Of a DNA stretch of 64,000 bases, positions 24,180-37,873 are shown in pieces. The translations under genes were made by a program, and so were the position numbers. The notes under the pieces are model-generated. The model ran no database searches. It was not told the origin of the DNA and worked only from the letters and a program-made list of their open reading frames with translations. Source of the DNA: an uncultured Gammaproteobacteria bacterium (lineage in GTDB: Bacteria > Patescibacteriota > Microgenomatia > Woykebacterales > RBG-16-39-9b); contig CAYHXX010000001.1 of assembly GCA_964360785.1 (NCBI GenBank), positions 73,334-137,333 of the forward strand. The letters are read 5' to 3'. The stretch's first letter is position 1; the number at the start of each line of letters is the position of its first letter.

Positions 24180-25412
24180 ATGATGCTAGAAAAAGTCGAT
24201 CCTGAGCTTTCGCAGCTAATAAAAAAAGAAGAACTTCGCCAGAAAACTTCTCTTAATCTAGTGGCTTCCGAGAACTATGTTTCCAAAGCAGTTCGTGAGG
24301 CCTCTGGTTCGGTCCTAACCAACAAGTACGCTGAAGGATACCCCAAGAAGCGTTATTATGGCGGTACCCGCTTGATTGACGAAATTGAGCAGCTGGCGAT
24401 TGATCGCGCCAAGAAATTATTTGGTGCGGAACATATTAATGTCCAACCCTATTCTGGTACCAACCCAAATCTAGCGGTTTACTTTTCCGCAATGGAGCCA
24501 GGTGATACTGCTCTGGCAATGAATTTGCAGGCTGGTGGCCACCTTTCCCACGGCAGTCCGATGTCGATTTCGGGAAAAGTATTTCGCTTTGTACAATACG
24601 GTGTAAATCTTGAAACCGAACTTCTCGATTACGATGAGATTGAGTCAATTGCCAAAAAGGAAAAACCAAAACTGATCGTGGCTGGGGCATCTGCCTATTC
24701 CCGTTTGATTGATTACAAAAAATTCCGCGAAATTGCTGACAAAGTTGGTGCTTTACTTCTAGTAGATATGGCGCACATTGCTGGTTTGGTAGCTGCTGGA
24801 GTTATACCTTCTCCTATCCCCCATGCTCATTTTGTTACCACCTCTACCCATAAAACCTTAAGAGGACCTCGCGGCGGAATGATTCTTTGTAAGACCGAGT
24901 TTGCGGAAAGAGTTGATAAAATGCTTTTTCCCGGTATCCAAGGCGGACCGCTTGAGAATATTATCGCTGCCAAGGCAGTTGCCTTTGAGGAAGCTTCAAA
25001 GCCGGAGTTCAAAACCCACTCTCTTCAAATTATAAAGAACGCTAAAGTTCTAGCAGATGAACTTGCGAAGGAAGGGTTTAGGATTGTTTCTGGCGGAACC
25101 GATAATCATTTATTGAATATTGATTTTGGTAGTGAAGGTCTGACTGGGAGAGAAGCTGAAGCGATTTTGGAATCAGTTAATATTATCGTTAATCGTGAGG
25201 TTGTCCCACGCGACACGCGTAAACCTTATATTGCCTCCGGAATTCGACTCGGAACCTCGGTTGTTACTACCAGAGATATGGGACCAGACCAAATGAAACA
25301 AATAGCAGAATTGGTTGCCAGAGCTCTGAAACTGGGGGTAGATTCTGACAAACAAGAACAAATCATTTACGAAGTGACACAACTAACCTCTCACTTTGTC
25401 TTGCCCGACTAG
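24180..25412 (+). CDS. glyA: serine hydroxymethyltransferase
   Basis: [11 protein letters not shown]...[13 protein letters not shown]...[14 protein letters not shown] covers the PLP-Lys region. 410 aa. Confidence 0.95.
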   Translation: MMLEKVDPELSQLIKKEELRQKTSLNLVASENYVSKAVREASGSVLTNKYAEGYPKKRYYGGTRLIDEIEQLAIDRAKKLFGAEHINVQPYSGTNPNLAVYFSAMEPGDTALAMNLQAGGHLSHGSPMSISGKVFRFVQYGVNLETELLDYDEIESIAKKEKPKLIVAGASAYSRLIDYKKFREIADKVGALLLVDMAHIAGLVAAGVIPSPIPHAHFVTTSTHKTLRGPRGGMILCKTEFAERVDKMLFPGIQGGPLENIIAAKAVAFEEASKPEFKTHSLQIIKNAKVLADELAKEGFRIVSGGTDNHLLNIDFGSEGLTGREAEAILESVNIIVNREVVPRDTRKPYIASGIRLGTSVVTTRDMGPDQMKQIAELVARALKLGVDSDKQEQIIYEVTQLTSHFVLPD

Positions 25413-25474
25413 GGACTAACTTGCAGTCAAATAAAAAATCAATTATGCTTAATTTATAGCCAAATTTAAATAAA

Positions 25475-27760
25475 ATGATATCACCTGCTCCAGCTTCAGA
25501 AATTTTTGACTTTACATTCAATTATTTTTCCCTACTTTCACTCCTTGGTACTTCCGTTAATTTGATTCTCATCTATCTAGTGCTTTCTCGCGGCGTACAA
25601 AGTAGTGCCAATAAATGGTTCACCTTATTTTTATCTTTGCTGGCTCTTTGGGGAGTGGGTGAATTTTTTGGTAGGCTAAGCGGAAATCCAGCTGCTTCTT
25701 CTTTCTGGAGTTCCGTAAGTTCTCCGGGTTTTGTCTTCATGAGTCCAATATTTTTCCTTTTCACCCTAACTTATATTGGAAAAGATAATTTTATGGAAGG
25801 TTTCGGAAGAAGACTGTTGGTTTTTGGCTCTGGGCTTTTGATGCTGTTTTTGATTTGGAATACTAACCTTATCGTTGATCATTCATTGATTGATGTTATC
25901 AAATTACCTTGGGGTTGGAGTGGGCCAACTGCCGCTTACTTTACTTTTTTTGTCATCTGGCTTGAAGTTTTTTTTGTCGTGTCACTTTACCTATTAATAA
26001 AATATTTCCTAAAGCTTAAGAATCCTTTAAAAAAGAAACAGACCCAGTTGATGATTATTGCTTTGTTGATCCCTTTAGTAATTGGGACTCTTACTGACGC
26101 TCTCTTTCCAATAATCAAAGTTAATTTTCCGGGAACTGCAGTACTTTTTACTTCAGTAATGGGAGTAATCACGACGTATGCAATTTTGAGATACAAACTT
26201 TTTGCTATTAACCCTGCAGTTCACTTTGCAAATATTGTCAAAACGATGAATGAAGCCTTGATAGTTTGTGATAGTAGTAACTCGATTCAATTTACAAATG
26301 ATGCTGTCTTACGTCTGTTTGGATTCAATCCAGAATCCCTGCAAGGTCGTAAAATACAAACACTTTTACAAAAGTCAGAAGAGCAGAATATATTTGAGAC
26401 TGGTTTTCTTGCAAAAATAAACAATAAGGAACTTGTTACGGATTTGGAAATTAATCTTTCTAGCTCAACAGGCGAGGAGATTCCGGTTAACCTTTCCGGG
26501 TCACCTCTCTTTGATGAAACAAACTCACTAACTGGATATGTTATCGTCGCTTCCGACATTCGCGAAATTCGTAAGCTTGTTTACAACTTGGTTGCAGAGA
26601 GAAATAAACTCTCTGTCACCCTTTCAGGAATTACCGAAGGTGTCTTTGTAGTTGATAAAAGTGGGGTTATTTCTTTCTTTAATGAAGCTGCCGAGAAAAT
26701 ATTTGAGACCAAAGCGTCTGCAGTTATTGGTAAGAAAGCTGATGATGTGCTGCATATTACGGATCAAGAAGGCCCTGTAAAAGTGGAGTACTTTTTCCCC
26801 CAAGAAAAACTTTCAAAAGATATGGTTACTTATAGTCGTAACGGTGTTAAGATTCAGACTGCGGCAGGGATAATCAACTACGCAAACCTAATTGCTGCCA
26901 ATATTGTTGAGGGAGAAAGTATCAACCTCGGAGCGATTGTTACCTTGCACGATGTTTCCCAAGAAAAGGAACTGGAAGAAATGAAGCTGGACTTTGTTTC
27001 AATGGCAGCCCATGAGCTGCGTACACCATTGACTTCGATCAGAGGTTACCTATCTGTTTTACAAGAAGAAATTGGTAAGAAACTCTCAGAAGATCAATAT
27101 TCGTTCCTAGAGAAAGCATTTATTTCCTCGACACAACTAGCCGCTCTGGTTGAGAACCTACTTTCTGTTTCACGTATCGAGCGCGGGTCTTTGCAAATCC
27201 AATCTCAAGTAACACAGTGGGAAAATATCTTGGAAGAAGCCTACAACAATTTCCTGCCGCAAGCCAAGGAGCGTCAAGTTTCTCTAACCTATGTTAAGCC
27301 AACAAAAAAACTGCCGTTTGTTTCAGTTGATAAATTCCGAATTGGTGAAGTTGTTTCAAACCTAATCAGTAACGCTTTGAACTATACACCTTCGGGTGGT
27401 GCTGTTGAGGTGAGTACGGAGACTAGTGGTCAAGAAGTAATCACTCACGTAAAAGATACCGGACCCGGTATACCGCCGTCAGCATTACCAAAACTGTTTA
27501 CCAAATTCTTCCGCGTTTCGGGGGTATTGGAGCAGGGTTCGAAGGGAACAGGTCTCGGGCTTTATATTTCCAAAGCTATCGTTGATATGCACAAAGGTCG
27601 AATTTGGGTGGAATCTGAAATCGGTAAGGGTAGCATCTTCAACTTTACAGTTCCTGTTTCAAATGATCAGAATCTACCAGCGAAACCTTACATGCAGAAG
27701 GGCCAGAGAATGTTCTTACGCAAATCTGACGTTCCAAGTAGTCCGGAAAAAACTTCCTAA
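25475..27760 (+). CDS. sensor histidine kinase with multi-TM N-terminal domain, PAS domains, HisKA and HATPase_c
   Basis: About seven hydrophobic helices. H-box [18 protein letters not shown] and G boxes ([11 protein letters not shown].., [13 protein letters not shown]). Confidence 0.85.
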   Translation: MISPAPASEIFDFTFNYFSLLSLLGTSVNLILIYLVLSRGVQSSANKWFTLFLSLLALWGVGEFFGRLSGNPAASSFWSSVSSPGFVFMSPIFFLFTLTYIGKDNFMEGFGRRLLVFGSGLLMLFLIWNTNLIVDHSLIDVIKLPWGWSGPTAAYFTFFVIWLEVFFVVSLYLLIKYFLKLKNPLKKKQTQLMIIALLIPLVIGTLTDALFPIIKVNFPGTAVLFTSVMGVITTYAILRYKLFAINPAVHFANIVKTMNEALIVCDSSNSIQFTNDAVLRLFGFNPESLQGRKIQTLLQKSEEQNIFETGFLAKINNKELVTDLEINLSSSTGEEIPVNLSGSPLFDETNSLTGYVIVASDIREIRKLVYNLVAERNKLSVTLSGITEGVFVVDKSGVISFFNEAAEKIFETKASAVIGKKADDVLHITDQEGPVKVEYFFPQEKLSKDMVTYSRNGVKIQTAAGIINYANLIAANIVEGESINLGAIVTLHDVSQEKELEEMKLDFVSMAAHELRTPLTSIRGYLSVLQEEIGKKLSEDQYSFLEKAFISSTQLAALVENLLSVSRIERGSLQIQSQVTQWENILEEAYNNFLPQAKERQVSLTYVKPTKKLPFVSVDKFRIGEVVSNLISNALNYTPSGGAVEVSTETSGQEVITHVKDTGPGIPPSALPKLFTKFFRVSGVLEQGSKGTGLGLYISKAIVDMHKGRIWVESEIGKGSIFNFTVPVSNDQNLPAKPYMQKGQRMFLRKSDVPSSPEKTS

Positions 27761-30276
27761 GGCTTCTTTTTGGTAGTGGTTTTTGGTACTTCTCTTTCTT
27801 CTTTGGGTTCTTTTTTGATGGTGGTTACAGCGGAAACCTTATCGTCTTTATTGGCCAGTCTGATCAAAATAACACCTTGGGTCTGACGGGTAAGGAGTGG
27901 AACGTCTTTTATCGGAAGCTTAATGACCTGACCATTCTTTGAAGTTATCAAAAGATCTTGGTCGTTTGGTTCTATTACAATGGCCGACATTACTTGTCCG
28001 TTTCTTGAAGTTACCTCAGCTGCCTTAACTCCAGAACCAGCCCTTCCTTGCAGCGGCCAATCCGAGAGCTTGCTTTTCTTTCCAAACCCCTTCTCGGTCA
28101 CAATCAGTAACTCTCCACCTTCTGGAGCTTTGTGGGCACAAATAAGCTCATCATCTTTCATTCGAATTCCCATCACACCTGAGGTAGCTCTTCCCATCGG
28201 GCGAACATCTTTTTCAGAAAACCTAATCGATTGCCCCTTTCTGGTTGCCAAAATGATTTGATCCGCTCCACTAGTGAGTGAAACAAAATTTAGCGAATCA
28301 CCGGCTGCCAAGTTGATAGAAATAATACCGGTGCGGCGAATATTCGCAAAATCGACTAATGGGGTTTTTTTAACAATTCCCTTCTTTGTCGCCATAAAGA
28401 TGTTGCCCTCAGAAACACTTTTTGAAACGTTGAAAAGCGAAGTGACTTGTTCTCCTGGTTCAATATTAATCAAGTTGATTATAGCTTGACCTTTAGCAAT
28501 GCGCGTACCCTCTGGTAGTTCCCAAACTTTTAGTTGAAAAACCTTACCCTTATTCGTGAAAAACATCATGTTGTCATGGGTATTGGCGAGAAAAATTTTG
28601 GCGATACTATCCTCTTCTTTTAAAGTTGCTCCACTAACACCTTTTCCGCCTCTTAGTTGGGTTCGGAAGGTATCGATTGGGCTTCTTTTGATATACCCAG
28701 TTTCAGTTACTGTCACGATTACGTTCTCCGCAGGTATCAGGTCTTCCTCAGAGAATTCGCCGATGGCTTGTTTGTAAACTCGAGTTCTTCTTTCATCCCC
28801 ATATTTTTCCTTAAGTTCTTTTAGTTCAGTTTCAATAACGCCCAAAATCTTTTTTGGAGAAGCAAGGAGTTCTTCCAGATGGCGGATAGTTTTTAAAATT
28901 TCGTTATACTCGTCTTCAATCTTCTTTCTCTCAAGTGCTGCCAATCGACGAAGCTGCATATCCAAAATCGCTTGGGATTGGATTTCCGAGAGCTTGAAAC
29001 GTTCCATCAAATTATTCTTGGCGACCTCGGCATCTGCAGATTCACGAATTGTTTTGATAACTGCGTCCAGATGATCAAGCGCAATTTTCAAACCCTCGAG
29101 AATATGGGCGCGTGCTTTTGCTTGGTCAAGCTCAAACTGGGTTCGACGAGTGACAACATCTTGTCTGTGACGAATGTACTCAGTTAGAACCTGTTTCAGT
29201 GTTAGTGTCTGTGGCGCCCCGTCAACCAGAGCCACCGTGTTAACGTTGAAAGACATCTGCATGCTGGTGTGTTTGTAGAGTTGGTTGAGAATATTTTTTG
29301 GTCGGGCATCGCGCTTGAGTTCGACCACCATGCGCATACCTGAACGATCAGATTCGTCGCGGAGATCTGAGATACCTTCTAGTTTTTTGTCCTTTACGAG
29401 CTGAGCAATGCGAGAGATAAGTTGGGATTTGTTGACTTGATATGGGATTTCGGTAACGACTATTTTAAACTTGCCGCCTCGATCTTCCTCAATTTCAGCC
29501 TTGGCGCGCATTACTACCCGACCTTTTCCGGTAGCATAGGCATTGGTAATTTCAGTGATATCAAATATAGCCCCGCCAGTTGGGAAATCTGGCCCTTTGA
29601 TAAACTGCATCAAATCCTCCAGGGATGCTTCGGGATTGTTTATCAAATGGATAATGCCGTCACAGACCTCGTTGAGGTTGTGTGGTGGGATGTTGGTGGC
29701 CATTCCAACTGCAATTCCACTACCCCCCGAGAGTAATAAGTTTGGAAGCTTTCCCGGAAGATAAACCGGCTCTTTCCTGGTTGCGTCAAAATTGTCAACC
29801 CATTCAACTGTGTTTTTATCAATATCAGAAAGCAGTTCGTCGGCAATTTTTGCTAATCTCGCCTCGGTATACCGCATGGCTGCCGGCGGGTCACCATCGA
29901 CACTTCCGAAATTTCCCTGACCATCGACAAGTGGGTAACGCATTGCAAAATCCTGAGCGAGACGGACCATAGCGTCGTATACCGGACCGTCGCCATGTGG
30001 GTGGTATTTTCCAAGAACTTCTCCGACAACAGTAGCGCTTTTTCGATATTTTGCGCTGTGTGTGAGCCCAATTTCATTCATTGCGTAAAGAATTCTCCGA
30101 TGCACTGGCTTGAGACCATCCCGAACATCTGGCAAGGCTCGGGCTACAATGACCGACATCGCGTAGTTGAGATAGCTTGTTTGCATCTCTTCTACGATCT
30201 TTACATCTTTTAGTTTCCCGATTGAATTCTCGGTAAATTCCTCACTATTTACTTGTTCGTTCTCATTTTCTGCCAT
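27757..30276 (-). CDS. gyrA: DNA gyrase subunit A
   Basis: [29 protein letters not shown] with the active-site Tyr region. Six-bladed C-terminal domain. 839 aa. Confidence 0.95.
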   Translation of the reverse strand: MAENENEQVNSEEFTENSIGKLKDVKIVEEMQTSYLNYAMSVIVARALPDVRDGLKPVHRRILYAMNEIGLTHSAKYRKSATVVGEVLGKYHPHGDGPVYDAMVRLAQDFAMRYPLVDGQGNFGSVDGDPPAAMRYTEARLAKIADELLSDIDKNTVEWVDNFDATRKEPVYLPGKLPNLLLSGGSGIAVGMATNIPPHNLNEVCDGIIHLINNPEASLEDLMQFIKGPDFPTGGAIFDITEITNAYATGKGRVVMRAKAEIEEDRGGKFKIVVTEIPYQVNKSQLISRIAQLVKDKKLEGISDLRDESDRSGMRMVVELKRDARPKNILNQLYKHTSMQMSFNVNTVALVDGAPQTLTLKQVLTEYIRHRQDVVTRRTQFELDQAKARAHILEGLKIALDHLDAVIKTIRESADAEVAKNNLMERFKLSEIQSQAILDMQLRRLAALERKKIEDEYNEILKTIRHLEELLASPKKILGVIETELKELKEKYGDERRTRVYKQAIGEFSEEDLIPAENVIVTVTETGYIKRSPIDTFRTQLRGGKGVSGATLKEEDSIAKIFLANTHDNMMFFTNKGKVFQLKVWELPEGTRIAKGQAIINLINIEPGEQVTSLFNVSKSVSEGNIFMATKKGIVKKTPLVDFANIRRTGIISINLAAGDSLNFVSLTSGADQIILATRKGQSIRFSEKDVRPMGRATSGVMGIRMKDDELICAHKAPEGGELLIVTEKGFGKKSKLSDWPLQGRAGSGVKAAEVTSRNGQVMSAIVIEPNDQDLLITSKNGQVIKLPIKDVPLLTRQTQGVILIRLANKDDKVSAVTTIKKEPKEEREVPKTTTKKKP

Positions 30277-30279
30277 AGT

Positions 30280-32340
<2,061 letters not shown>

Positions 32341-32392
32341 TTAGGATTGAAAAACAAGTCCCTAGTATATTAACAAACTCTACTAGATTCGA

Positions 32393-33028
32393 TCAAGTTT
32401 CATTTGGTGATTCTAGCGTCGCGATCAATGCTAGGAGTTTTTTGTTCACAGAAAAGTTCTCTGCTTTTTTTAGTTTTAGTAAAGTTTTGTTGTAACGGTG
32501 CAATTTTTTGAGTTTGGTTTTATCGACGTTTGTTTCAGTAGCAGCGATGGCTAGTTTATTCTCCCAAAAGCTTATCTGTTTCTCCAGGGTGGTTTTCTCA
32601 GTTAGTTCCAGTTTTTTGCTAAAGCTCAGATTGTCTAGTTCCAGCTTTGTAAGCTCCGTTTTCTTAGTTCCTTCGTCCAACCTTAGTTCTAGACAACGCG
32701 AAGCTATAGTAGAGAGCACACTATCCGTATTTGGCGCAGTCAAAATCAACTGTGCCTTACTTGATGGTTCTTCGAGGGTCTTCAGTAAGGAATTTTGAGC
32801 TTCAACTGTGAGATTTTGTGCTTCAAGTACCACTATGGAGCTCAATTTACTTTGGAAAGGCTGCTTATTGGCTTTTTGAATTATTTGTTTTGCTACTTCG
32901 ATTCCTCTTTCCTCATCTGTATTAACTAGCGTTATATCAAAAAGATCGCTTTGTTCTGCCGCCAGCTCGAGGGCTTTCTCGGAGCGATATTTTGGATTCC
33001 TACCTGTTATAATGGTTGAAGTAGCCAT
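32393..33028 (-). CDS. holB: short DNA polymerase III delta'-like clamp-loader subunit (HolB-like, 211 aa)
   Basis: SLLKTLEEP...LILTAPNTDSVLSTIASRC matches the delta'/DnaX sensor region. No Walker A. Unusually short. Confidence 0.5.
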   Translation of the reverse strand: MATSTIITGRNPKYRSEKALELAAEQSDLFDITLVNTDEERGIEVAKQIIQKANKQPFQSKLSSIVVLEAQNLTVEAQNSLLKTLEEPSSKAQLILTAPNTDSVLSTIASRCLELRLDEGTKKTELTKLELDNLSFSKKLELTEKTTLEKQISFWENKLAIAATETNVDKTKLKKLHRYNKTLLKLKKAENFSVNKKLLALIATLESPNET

Positions 33029-33064
33029 AGATTAAGCTATTTTACCTAAAAGTTCGTTGACAGC

Positions 33065-33095
33065 ACAAGTTGTTCCATACTATATTTAAGAGTAG
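33065..33095 (+). promoter_or_regulatory. sigma70-like promoter for the pilus operon (TTGACA-18-TATATT)
   Basis: TTGACAGCACAAGTTGTTCCATACTATATT, upstream of pilB and divergent from holB. Confidence 0.45.
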
Positions 33096-33121
33096 CTAAA
33101 TATTACTTAGCGCTTGCCCAA

Positions 33122-34888
33122 ATGGAAGTTGCCAACAAAAGCATCGAAGACGTACTCTTCGAACAAAAAAAGATAACTGCCGATAACCGCTCGCTTATTA
33201 AGCTTGAATCTGTTAACACCGGCAAAACCTCTGAAGATATCATCAAAGAGCACAACTTTGTTTCCTCTGAAGATTTGGTGGCTGCAAAGGGACAACTCCT
33301 CGGTATTCCATTTTTCAACCCGGTCTCAAAACCAATCACAAGTGAAGTCCTTTCTCTTATTCCAGAACCAGTGGCACGCCGTTACGTTTTGATACCATTT
33401 GAACTCTCATCAGATGGTGTTTTGTCAGTAGCCATGTCGGATCCCCTTGATTTACAGGTAGTAGAGTTTGTCGAGAGGAAATCGGCAAAAAGAGTAAAAA
33501 CTTTCATATCCTCACCTAACCTAATCAATGCAGCAATTGCGGATCAATATGCCCAAAGTTTGACCACAACGGTGTCGGCAGCAGTTGAGGAGGCCTCGCC
33601 AGTCGAGGTCAAGGAAGCGCTTAAGGATCTTGATAAAGTTGAAGAAGTTATCAAAGAAGCTCCGGTTGCAAAAATTGTTTCAACACTGCTGGAGTATGCA
33701 ATGAAAGGTCGAGCCTCAGATATTCATATTGAGCCTCTAGAAGAGAAAACTCGGGTTCGCTACCGCATCGACGGTGTGTTGCAGGAACGTGTTGTCCTAC
33801 CCAAAAAAGTTCACGACGCCCTTGTTTCGAGAATAAAAATCCTTTCAAATTTGAAAATTGACGAAAAACGTATTCCCCAAGACGGAAGATTTAGTTTTAA
33901 AATTGGTGATCAAGCTGTAGATTTGCGTATCTCTACCTTGCCTACTGTCCATGGCGAAAAGATTGTCATGCGGCTTTTGCCAAAAGCAGGGTCTGCGCCA
34001 ACACTTACCGATCTGGGTCTGCGGGGTATGGGATTGAAAGTATTTGAAACCAATATTACCCGTCCAAATGGTATTATTTTGATCACAGGACCGACTGGGT
34101 CAGGAAAAACTACCACACTATTTGCTGCTCTTTCAAAAATTAACTCTCCAAAGGTGAATATTGTTACTTTGGAGGACCCCGTCGAATATCAAATTCCAGG
34201 AGTCAATCAGGTTCAAATAAATCCCGTAGCTGGTTTGACCTTTGCCTCTGGTCTTCGCAGTTTCCTGCGACAAGATCCGAATATTATCATGGTTGGAGAG
34301 ATTCGTGATTCGGAAACCGCTGGTCTGGCTATTCAAGCTGCTTTGACGGGACACTTGGTCTTTTCGACTTTGCATACCAGCTCGTCTGCTGGAGCACTCC
34401 CGCGGCTTTTGGATATGGGAGCCGAAACATTCTTGCTAGCTTCTTCAATCAACGCTGTTGTTGCTCAGCGCGTTGTTCGTAAGATTTGTGACCACTGTAA
34501 AGAGGACTATGACCCACCCGAAATTGTCGTACAAAATATCAAGACAGTTTTGGGAAACCTTGCAAACCAAGCGACAGAAAAGAAACTAGATCCGGCCGAG
34601 TCGAAAGATGTAACTGAACTTTCAGAAAACAAAAAGTTCAAGCTGTACAAAGGCAAAGGTTGTGATCAATGTGGCGATTCCGGCTACCGAGGCCGAATGG
34701 GTGTCTATGAAGTTCTGAATATTACAGAAAAGATCGGGAAGTTGATTCTTGAACGCTCTCCTAGTAACAATATAGAAAAGCAAGCAATTGACGATGGGAT
34801 GATAACTATGAAACAGGACGGTTACTTGAAAGCAATGGAAGGTTTTACGACAGTTGAAGAAGTATTGCGGGTAGCTCAGGACTCTTAA
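33122..34888 (+). CDS. pilB: type IV pilus assembly ATPase PilB (GspE family)
   Basis: N-terminal GSPII_E_N domains. Walker A GPTGSGKTTT, Asp/His boxes and a tetracysteine motif (CDHC...CDQC). Confidence 0.9.
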   Translation: MEVANKSIEDVLFEQKKITADNRSLIKLESVNTGKTSEDIIKEHNFVSSEDLVAAKGQLLGIPFFNPVSKPITSEVLSLIPEPVARRYVLIPFELSSDGVLSVAMSDPLDLQVVEFVERKSAKRVKTFISSPNLINAAIADQYAQSLTTTVSAAVEEASPVEVKEALKDLDKVEEVIKEAPVAKIVSTLLEYAMKGRASDIHIEPLEEKTRVRYRIDGVLQERVVLPKKVHDALVSRIKILSNLKIDEKRIPQDGRFSFKIGDQAVDLRISTLPTVHGEKIVMRLLPKAGSAPTLTDLGLRGMGLKVFETNITRPNGIILITGPTGSGKTTTLFAALSKINSPKVNIVTLEDPVEYQIPGVNQVQINPVAGLTFASGLRSFLRQDPNIIMVGEIRDSETAGLAIQAALTGHLVFSTLHTSSSAGALPRLLDMGAETFLLASSINAVVAQRVVRKICDHCKEDYDPPEIVVQNIKTVLGNLANQATEKKLDPAESKDVTELSENKKFKLYKGKGCDQCGDSGYRGRMGVYEVLNITEKIGKLILERSPSNNIEKQAIDDGMITMKQDGYLKAMEGFTTVEEVLRVAQDS

Positions 34889-34890
34889 GT

Positions 34891-34955
34891 TTGTGTCAAG
34901 TGTCACGTTTCATGTGTCACGGACTACTTGATACTTGTAACATGACACGTGTAAC
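34891..34955. promoter_or_regulatory. cluster of TGTGTCA(C) half-sites (3 direct + 1 inverted) and an ACACGTGT palindrome between pilB and pilT
   Basis: ttgtgtcaAGTGTCACgtttcATGTGTCACgg...catGACACGTGTaac. The half-sites resemble the REP core GTGTC/GACAC. Confidence 0.4.
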
Positions 34956-34975
34956 TTAAACCGGAGGTTTAAACA

Positions 34976-36055
34976 ATGGAAATTCAAGAAATATTAGAAG
35001 AAGCATTGCGTCGAGGGGCATCAGACGTCCATCTGATGGTCGGTACCTACCCGACTCTACGTATTAACGGCGAGCTGATACCGCTTTCAAAAGCGGGTAA
35101 TCCAAATCCTGAATATATTGAAAAGTTAGTTTTTGGTCTTACCACACCGGAACAAAAAGAACTGCTTCTGACAAATAAAGAGCTAGATTTCTCCTTTGCC
35201 CTTGGTGAGTTAGCTCGATTTCGTGTCAATGCCTTCTACCAGAAAGGGTATGTTTCTGCTTCCTTGCGTTTGATTCCAGCAAAAATCCCTTCACTCGAGG
35301 AGCTACATTTACCGAAAGTTTTTAGTAATTTTTCTAAACTTCGTCAAGGACTCATTCTTTTGACTGGGCCAACTGGGCATGGAAAGTCCACAACAATCGC
35401 CTCGATCATCAATGCTATTAACGAAACCCGCGGAGTTCACGTCGTGACGGTTGAGGACCCAATCGAGTATGTCTACCCATCTCGAAAATCTCTCATCGCC
35501 CAAAGAGAAATGCACCTTGATACTCACAGTTGGGAAATTGCCCTACGCTCAGTCTTACGTGAAGACCCGGATGTCGTACTCATTGGAGAAATGCGTGACT
35601 ACGAAACGATTGAGGCTTGTCTGACAATTGCTGAGACTGGACATTTGGTATTTGCAACTTTGCATACGAACTCCGCTTCCCAATCAGTCGATCGTATTGT
35701 CGGTGTTTTCCCGGAGAACCAACAAGCCCAGATTCAAATGCAACTTTCAAATACTATGGAGGCAATTGTTTCGCAAAGACTTCTCCCCGCAGTCAAAGGT
35801 GGACGTTATCCGGCAACTGAGGTGCTGCTGGCAACAGGAGCTGTTCGCAACGTTATCCGTGAGGGAAAAACTCATTTGCTGGACAATATCATTCAGACTT
35901 CAACTGGTGTGGGTATGAATACTATGGAAAATTCGCTTGCTGGGATGGTCAAAGATGGTCGTGTCAGCCTCGATACTGCTCTTAGCTATAGTCTCAAACC
36001 AGATGATCTACTGCGAGAGGTCAAGCGTTCAGGAGGAGCGACCCAAGAGAAGTAA
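34976..36055 (+). CDS. pilT: twitching-motility ATPase PilT
   Basis: ASDVHLMVG...LLTGPTGHGKSTT...GEMRD. 359 aa. GGAGG SD. Confidence 0.9.
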   Translation: MEIQEILEEALRRGASDVHLMVGTYPTLRINGELIPLSKAGNPNPEYIEKLVFGLTTPEQKELLLTNKELDFSFALGELARFRVNAFYQKGYVSASLRLIPAKIPSLEELHLPKVFSNFSKLRQGLILLTGPTGHGKSTTIASIINAINETRGVHVVTVEDPIEYVYPSRKSLIAQREMHLDTHSWEIALRSVLREDPDVVLIGEMRDYETIEACLTIAETGHLVFATLHTNSASQSVDRIVGVFPENQQAQIQMQLSNTMEAIVSQRLLPAVKGGRYPATEVLLATGAVRNVIREGKTHLLDNIIQTSTGVGMNTMENSLAGMVKDGRVSLDTALSYSLKPDDLLREVKRSGGATQEK

Positions 36056-36064
36056 GGTAAACCT

Positions 36065-37264
36065 ATGCAACAATTCAACTATATAGTCAAGGATAAAACC
36101 GGAATAACCCGTAAAGGTTTGATCGAAGCAAACGACGAACGGGCTGCTTCCGCTATTTTGCACGAGCGTGGTTATGTCGTCATCAAAGTTGACGCCAAAA
36201 AGAAGGAACTTACTTTTGGACTGGGTGGTGTAGGGATTGGTCCGATTGCCAATTTTACCAGGCAACTGGCGACCATGATCAGCTCGGGACTACCCCTGAC
36301 AGAGTCTCTAGTTGTTTTGCAGAAACAGACAGATAATAAAAAGCTTCAGGAAGTAATTCAACAATTAGGTGATGATATTCAGGGAGGCAGTACTTTTGCT
36401 GCTTGTCTATCCAAGCATCCCAAAGAGTTCTCGATTGCTTATATCAATATTGTTAAGGCTGGGGAATCCTCCGGTACCTTGGACAAAGTCCTTAATAAAC
36501 TTGCCGAAACTCTCGAGAAACAGCGAGAATTTCAGTCAAAGGTTAAGGGCGCTTTTGTTTACCCGGCGATTGTTATGGTGGCAATGGCAATGGTAATGGG
36601 TGTCATATTGATATTTGTTATTCCAAAACTATCCGAGCTTTATACTCAACTAAACATCACTCTACCTTTACCAACAATTATTATGATTGGGCTCTCCAAC
36701 TTTACGGTACGGTTTTGGTGGTTAATGATCATAGCTGGCTTCGCAGCTTCGGTCGCGCTACGGCGTTACCGGGCCACCGAAGCTGGTGCTCTCGTGGTTG
36801 ATAATTTAATATTAAAAATCCCAATTATGGGAAGGCTCAATCGTGATAGTTCTCTGACTGAGTTTACCCGGACTCTCAGTTCTTTGATCACTGCCGGGGT
36901 ACCGATTCTTGAGGGATTGAAGATTTCCGGAGATGTCGCAACCAACGCAATTCACCGTCAAGCAATAGTACACGCGATTGCCCTTGTAGAAAAAGGAACC
37001 CCACTTTCCAAAGCTTTAGGTCAGGAAGATGTTTTCCCGGCAATTATTCCGCAAATGGTAGCTGTCGGTGAGGAAACAGGGAAAATTGATGATGTTCTCG
37101 CCAAGGTCTCCAACTACTTTGAGCTTGAAGTCGACCATCAGGTAAAGAATCTTACCGCCAGCTTAGAACCAATCATTATGATTGTACTTGGGGTCATGGT
37201 CGCTTTGTTGGTTATCTCAGTTATCTTGCCGATTTACTCAATGACCTCGGCTTTTGGAAACTAG
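36065..37264 (+). CDS. pilC: type IV pilus platform protein PilC (GspF family)
   Basis: Two GspF repeats with three TM helices. 399 aa. Confidence 0.9.
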   Translation: MQQFNYIVKDKTGITRKGLIEANDERAASAILHERGYVVIKVDAKKKELTFGLGGVGIGPIANFTRQLATMISSGLPLTESLVVLQKQTDNKKLQEVIQQLGDDIQGGSTFAACLSKHPKEFSIAYINIVKAGESSGTLDKVLNKLAETLEKQREFQSKVKGAFVYPAIVMVAMAMVMGVILIFVIPKLSELYTQLNITLPLPTIIMIGLSNFTVRFWWLMIIAGFAASVALRRYRATEAGALVVDNLILKIPIMGRLNRDSSLTEFTRTLSSLITAGVPILEGLKISGDVATNAIHRQAIVHAIALVEKGTPLSKALGQEDVFPAIIPQMVAVGEETGKIDDVLAKVSNYFELEVDHQVKNLTASLEPIIMIVLGVMVALLVISVILPIYSMTSAFGN

Positions 37265-37276
37265 ATAAATACTCTC

Positions 37277-37873
37277 ATGAAGCTCCCTAAATTGCTCTCC
37301 GTACTAGTTATCTGTTTTGTGGCTGTGGTTATCTCTGTTTTTCTTCTCAACCCATCTGACCGAGCAAAACAAACAAGGGATCAACAGAGAATCACTGATT
37401 TGGAGCAGTTGAAGAAAGCACTGGATTATTTTCTCACCAAAAACGCGAAAACAAGTTCTGACACTGAGAAAATTCTCTGTACTGATTGCGATCTGGCTAG
37501 AGACGTGTTTTCTTATAGAAAGCTCGAATTGGCAGGGATAGAAACTAAAGAGCGCCACGGAAGATACGTTAATGGTACCGGTTGGATACCAATAGATTTC
37601 TCTGCCAATATGAGGATCGGTGAGACTCCCCTCTCGTTGCTTCCAATTGACCCGTTGGAAAAAGGTTATAGTATTAGAAAAACATTTCCAATTGTTAGTT
37701 TGTTTTCTACTAACAATGAAGACTACATTTATACTTTTCGGCCAGCAAAAAATGGTAAATACAAGCTCACTGCAAAGTTGGAGAGCAAAACCGGCCTTGA
37801 GAAAGCCAAAGACGATGGTGGTACATTGGACGATCGTTTTGAAATTGGTTCCGATTTAGACTTAAAACCTTGA
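37277..37873 (+). CDS. pilin-like protein with a non-canonical N-terminus
   Basis: Has the post-TM motif RDQQRITDLEQLKKALDYF shared by GspG-like pilins and a C-terminal DP...Y.Y pattern, but lacks the GFTLIE prepilin site. Confidence 0.45.
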   Translation: MKLPKLLSVLVICFVAVVISVFLLNPSDRAKQTRDQQRITDLEQLKKALDYFLTKNAKTSSDTEKILCTDCDLARDVFSYRKLELAGIETKERHGRYVNGTGWIPIDFSANMRIGETPLSLLPIDPLEKGYSIRKTFPIVSLFSTNNEDYIYTFRPAKNGKYKLTAKLESKTGLEKAKDDGGTLDDRFEIGSDLDLKP

